Shown here in pieces: positions 60,324 to 64,000 of a stretch of DNA of 64,000 bases. Within the stretch, counting starts at the first letter, position 1; the number at the start of each line of letters is the position of its first letter. The notes beneath the pieces were generated by a model. It ran no database searches. It worked only from the letters and a program-made list of their open reading frames with translations, and was not told where the DNA came from. The stretch comes from Vulcanimicrobiota bacterium. GTDB taxonomy: Bacteria > Vulcanimicrobiota > Vulcanimicrobiia > Vulcanimicrobiales > Vulcanimicrobiaceae. The DNA lies in contig CAWCIZ010000002.1 in the NCBI GenBank assembly GCA_963795855.1, positions 608,001 to 672,000 of the forward strand, read 5' to 3'. A program made the translations under genes and the position numbers.

Positions 60324-61988
60324 TTATATCGAATACTCCCACGGGTTCCAAAACGCAGAGATGACAGGCGAAGGCGCGAAGCCTTTGAGGTCGGTGTTGT
60401 ACAGGTACGGTTCCTTCCAGAAGAACAGCACGATCGTAGGCACATCCTTGGCCATCTGCTGCTGAACGATCTCGTAGTCGTGCTTGCGCCGGTTTCGGTC
60501 GAGCGTATTCATCGCGTCGTTCATTGCCGCGGTCGCCGCCGGATTGTTCCAGAACAGCGCATTTTGACCGTGAGGCGCGAAATTCTCGCCGGAGTAGATC
60601 GCGCTGTCATCGGGATCCGCCGCAGCATTCCAACTGTAAAGCGCCGCATCGTAGTGCCCGCCCTGCAGCGTCCCGGTCGTTCCGTTCTGGAACATCAACG
60701 CGGTGGGGACGTTCTTGACGATCGCTTCAGCACCGATTTCGTGCCATTGGCGCTGCAGCAGCGTTTGGATCTGTCGCGCGTAGTTGCTCTCCGCGGCGCT
60801 CGTCAGATCGAAAGAGAGCTTCTGCCCGTTCTTCACTCGAATTCCGTCCGCGCCGCGCTTCCAACCGTCGGCTTCGAGGATCTGCTGCGCTTTCGCGGGA
60901 TCGAACGGATGATGTTCTATCGCATCGGTATGCGCCCAAGAAAGTTCCGGCGATTGATCCGTCTCGGACGCAACCGCCGCACCGTGCATTACTTTGTCGA
61001 CGATCTCCTGACGGTTCGTCGCATACGCGAGCGCCAGCCGAACGTTGCGATCCGAAAGGAGCGGACGCCGAAGATTGAAGTCGATATGCGTGTAAATATA
61101 GGCGTCGACCAGCACCATCTTCAGGCCGGACGTTTGCGTCACGATTTGCTGGTAGCGCGGCAGGCTCAAACCTGTTCCGCGCGCCAGCATGTCGATGTCG
61201 TGCGTTTGCAGCGCGGTCCCGATCGTATTCTCGTCCGGCATGATCTTGAACACGACTTCGTTGAGCTTCGGCTTCCCGGCCCAGAAATAACGGCTCGCCT
61301 CCATCCGTACTTCGCTGCCGCGCTGCCACTGAATGACCTTGAACGGTCCGCTGCCGATGGGCAGTGAATTGTAGGGCGCGTTGTTCAACGAGCCTTTGTC
61401 GTCGTTGTATTTCGCCAGGAGATGCGCCGGCAGAATGACCGCGTTCCCGTTTACTCCCCAGAGTTGCTGCAAGTACGGGGCGTACATCTTCTTCATGTGC
61501 ACGACCGCGACGCGCGGATTGCTGCAGTCGATGTCTTTGATATCTTTGTAGCCGTCGGTGGTGACGACGTTGTTGTGCGGGTTCATCACGGCTTGCCACG
61601 TGAACTTGAGATCCGCGCACGTGACGGGCTGACCGTCCTGCCAGCGCAAATTCGGCCGCAGTTTGTACTTGAGCGTCAAGCCGTCTTTGCTGACGTCGCC
61701 GTTCGCAACCGTGGGAACCTCGCTCACCGCGTCGGGAACGGGCTGCGCTTTGTCGTTGTACCGCACCGCGTACGAGTAAATGAACATCGACAGGTCGCCC
61801 GTAACAGCGGACGCGTTGAGCAATGGATTGAGCGAAGACGGTGAAGCGTTTTCCGCATATCGCAGGACGCCGGGCTGCGTCCAGGAGTTCCGGGCGCCGA
61901 TCGCGCCGCCGCCCGCGCTCTGTTTCGTGCACGAAGCCAAGAAGAGGGCTGCGGCGAGCGCCGCCGCGCATTGGTGCGACAGTTTCAG
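60324..61988 (-). CDS. Family-5 ABC solute-binding lipoprotein, copy 1 (CTG start 61988 or ATG 62042)
   Basis: Lipobox LASC; LRWQDGQPVT..D; PIGSGPF. Confidence 0.92.
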   Translation of the reverse strand: MKLSHQCAAALAAALFLASCTKQSAGGGAIGARNSWTQPGVLRYAENASPSSLNPLLNASAVTGDLSMFIYSYAVRYNDKAQPVPDAVSEVPTVANGDVSKDGLTLKYKLRPNLRWQDGQPVTCADLKFTWQAVMNPHNNVVTTDGYKDIKDIDCSNPRVAVVHMKKMYAPYLQQLWGVNGNAVILPAHLLAKYNDDKGSLNNAPYNSLPIGSGPFKVIQWQRGSEVRMEASRYFWAGKPKLNEVVFKIMPDENTIGTALQTHDIDMLARGTGLSLPRYQQIVTQTSGLKMVLVDAYIYTHIDFNLRRPLLSDRNVRLALAYATNRQEIVDKVMHGAAVASETDQSPELSWAHTDAIEHHPFDPAKAQQILEADGWKRGADGIRVKNGQKLSFDLTSAAESNYARQIQTLLQRQWHEIGAEAIVKNVPTALMFQNGTTGTLQGGHYDAALYSWNAAADPDDSAIYSGENFAPHGQNALFWNNPAATAAMNDAMNTLDRNRRKHDYEIVQQQMAKDVPTIVLFFWKEPYLYNTDLKGFAPSPVISAFWNPWEYSI

Positions 61989-62055
61989 TCTGCGTCTCCT
62001 CTCGCGGTTGCTTCCCGGCGCTATTAGCAGCCTGGGCAGCATACCCTGCGAGCGG

Positions 62056-63434
62056 TTACGGAGTGATGCCGATCGCGTTCTCGCCGAGGGCGTAGACGTA
62101 GGTCTGTTCGGCTTGCCGCAGCGCGTAAACTGCGTTGAGCTCGTCCGTCTGCGCCTGTGTGAGGCCGACCTGCGCGTTGAGCAAGAGCGGCAGCGTGGTC
62201 ACGCCGGCCCGATACTGCGCCTGCGTTGCTTTGAGGATCTCTTGCCCTTTGGTGAGTTCGGCTTGCGCCTGCGCCACGGCACCCTGCGCGGTGACGAGCC
62301 CGACGAGGGCTTGCCGAACGTTCAATTCCACGCCCAAGCGCGTCTGGTCGAGTTGCGACTGCGCCAGCACGAGTTGATCTGCGGCCTGCTCCGTTTGCGC
62401 GCGCGTTATGCCCTGGTCGAAGATCGGAATGCTGAGCGTTGCGCCGACGTTGCTGCTGGGACGAAAATCCGTACCGGTGACGGTCGTGGAGTTCGTGCCG
62501 TAACCGCCGGTGGCGCTGAGCGAAGGCAGCAGATTCGAGCGCTGCACCTGTACGTTATATTTCGCTGCGAGCACCGTGCTTTGTGCAGCCAGATAATCCG
62601 GCCGCAGCAAGAACGCGCGCGCGACCGCTTGATCGTACGCCAGCACCGGGACGAGCGGACTGAGCGAATTGTCTTGTGCGGAGTTGGTGGGCGCGACGGC
62701 AATGTCCGCGTCCAATCCGAGTGTGTTCGCAAACGAGGCCAGCGCCGTCGCTTCCTGCCCCTGCGCCCGCACGAGAGCGACTCGCGCTTGAGCCGTCGGC
62801 AGTCTGTGCCGTGGCAAGATCTACGCGCGACGCCGTTCCCGCGCGCAGCTGCGCCTGCACGAGTGCTTCCTGGACTTCGTTTTGATGCACGACTTGCGCT
62901 GCGAGTCCGGTCGCGGCGTGCGCCTGCAGCGCCGTGTAGTACGCCTGTCCGACGTTGAATGAAAGCGTCTCCAGATCGCGTTCGTACGTTTGCGTTCCCG
63001 CAACTGCGTTGGCGCGCGCCTGATGCAGTCTGCGCGATGAATTTGCCGCCGTCGTAAATCAACTGGCGCACCGTGGCGTTCAGCCCTTTGCTGGTGCTGC
63101 TCCCGAAACTGCGGCCCGCGAACGTGCTTTGGTTGCTGTGCGTGACGGTAGCGCTCGCGCTGACGTTGGGAAAGATCGCGGTCTTGGCCAAGTTCACGGG
63201 TATCTGCGTCAACTGCTGGTTCGCTCGCGCGGCTGCGAGCACCGGCGACTTTGCGACGGCGATGTCGAGCGCTTGCTGCAGCGTGACCTGCTGCGGCACG
63301 CCCGGCTGCGTACGCGTTTGCACTGCACTTGCGGGGAGTTGCGGTACGGCCGTCGTCGTTTGCGCGGCTGCGGGCACGGCAGTGCCTCCGGCGATGGCGA
63401 GCGCCGCGATGAGGGCAAGGGTACGCAGCTTCAT
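62056..63434 (-). CDS. TolC-family outer membrane efflux protein (frameshifts near 63025 and 62800)
   Basis: Signal peptide; LQQALDIAVAKSP; RQLIYDGG; SIPIFDQG; YRAGVTT..LLNAQ. Confidence 0.88.
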
Positions 63435-64000
63435 CTACTGCTGCCCGCCTTTTCGGCTGCCTGCGACGGCGACCAAACTTCCGTTCTGAAGTGCGTCGGG
63501 GCGCGTCGTGATGACGAGCGTTCCCGGTCGAACGCGCGGACTGCTCACCTCGCTGAGCGTGTCGGTTTGCAAGCCGACTTGCACGGGCACTTCGACGGCT
63601 TTGTTATCGCTGCCGACGATGAACACATTCGAACCCTGATCCGTTTGCGCGACGGCTTGACGCGGCACGACGATGGCGTTGCGATGGTTCGCCTTTTGAA
63701 TCGTCACGCTTACCAGCATGCCGCCGCGCAGGGCCGCATCGGGATTCGGCTGCTGAACGCGCGCTTGATACGAAAGCGTTCCTTGCGTCGGCACGGCGTT
63801 CACCGTGGAAATCGTCCCGCGGAAGGGACGCGATCCGAGCTGAGACGCGGTGAACGACACCGGCGTACCGGCATGCACGTACGCGAGATCGTCGTCGGGT
63901 ACGTTCACGTTCACCCACACGGTGTTCGACTCTCGAAACTCTCAGCACGGCGGTACCGGGCTGCGCCATCGCGCCCGGATCGATCAGCCGCGCCGTCACG
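63435..64000 (-). CDS. Efflux periplasmic adaptor (MFP) subunit, 3' part
   Basis: VWVNVNVPDDDL, PNPDAALRGGM, VVPRQAV, VQVGLQ. Confidence 0.85.

Overview
High-GC bacterial chromosome segment from a diderm (TonB, TolC). The gene style suggests Eremiobacterota/Vulcanimicrobiota, but that is inference. Scattered frameshifts in conserved genes look like long-read indel errors. Layout: (1) 1-10.7 kb is an accessory-looking stretch downstream of the tmRNA 3' end, with BTAD/SARP-type regulators, orphans and secreted proteins. (2) tmRNA, uvrC, dedA, a stand-alone Clp N-domain gene, tRNA-Pro and a TrkA pair. (3) A long minus-strand run: miaB-mutS-orphan-mutL-osmC-miaA-hfq-dapF-GNAT-radical SAM-CPA1 antiporter. 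(4) der-plsY-efp-TSUP-GAF/GGDEF/EAL. (5) A hopanoid cluster: polyprenyl synthase, fni, hpnCDE, shc, hpnH, hpnA, hpnG, with divergent hpnK-hpnI. (6) fumC, SprT-like, TPR, two M55 D-aminopeptidases, a DRE-TIM synthase, NDH-2, an M50 protease and a GT87-like gene. (7) MFP-TolC followed by four tandem family-5 solute-binding lipoproteins. Most notable unexplained signals: a ~158-nt multi-stem element with G-U-compatible 28-nt arms between hpnH and hpnA; apparent near-cognate start codons (ATA/ATT/ATC) in up to four hopanoid genes; an alphaproteobacterial-type GGCAGUA T-loop in a one-piece tmRNA; an uncharacterised radical SAM gene in the miaB/mutSL/miaA/hfq run; and an efflux channel linked to a solute-binding protein array with no permease in view. 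No CRISPR array, integrase, transposase or rRNA was seen.
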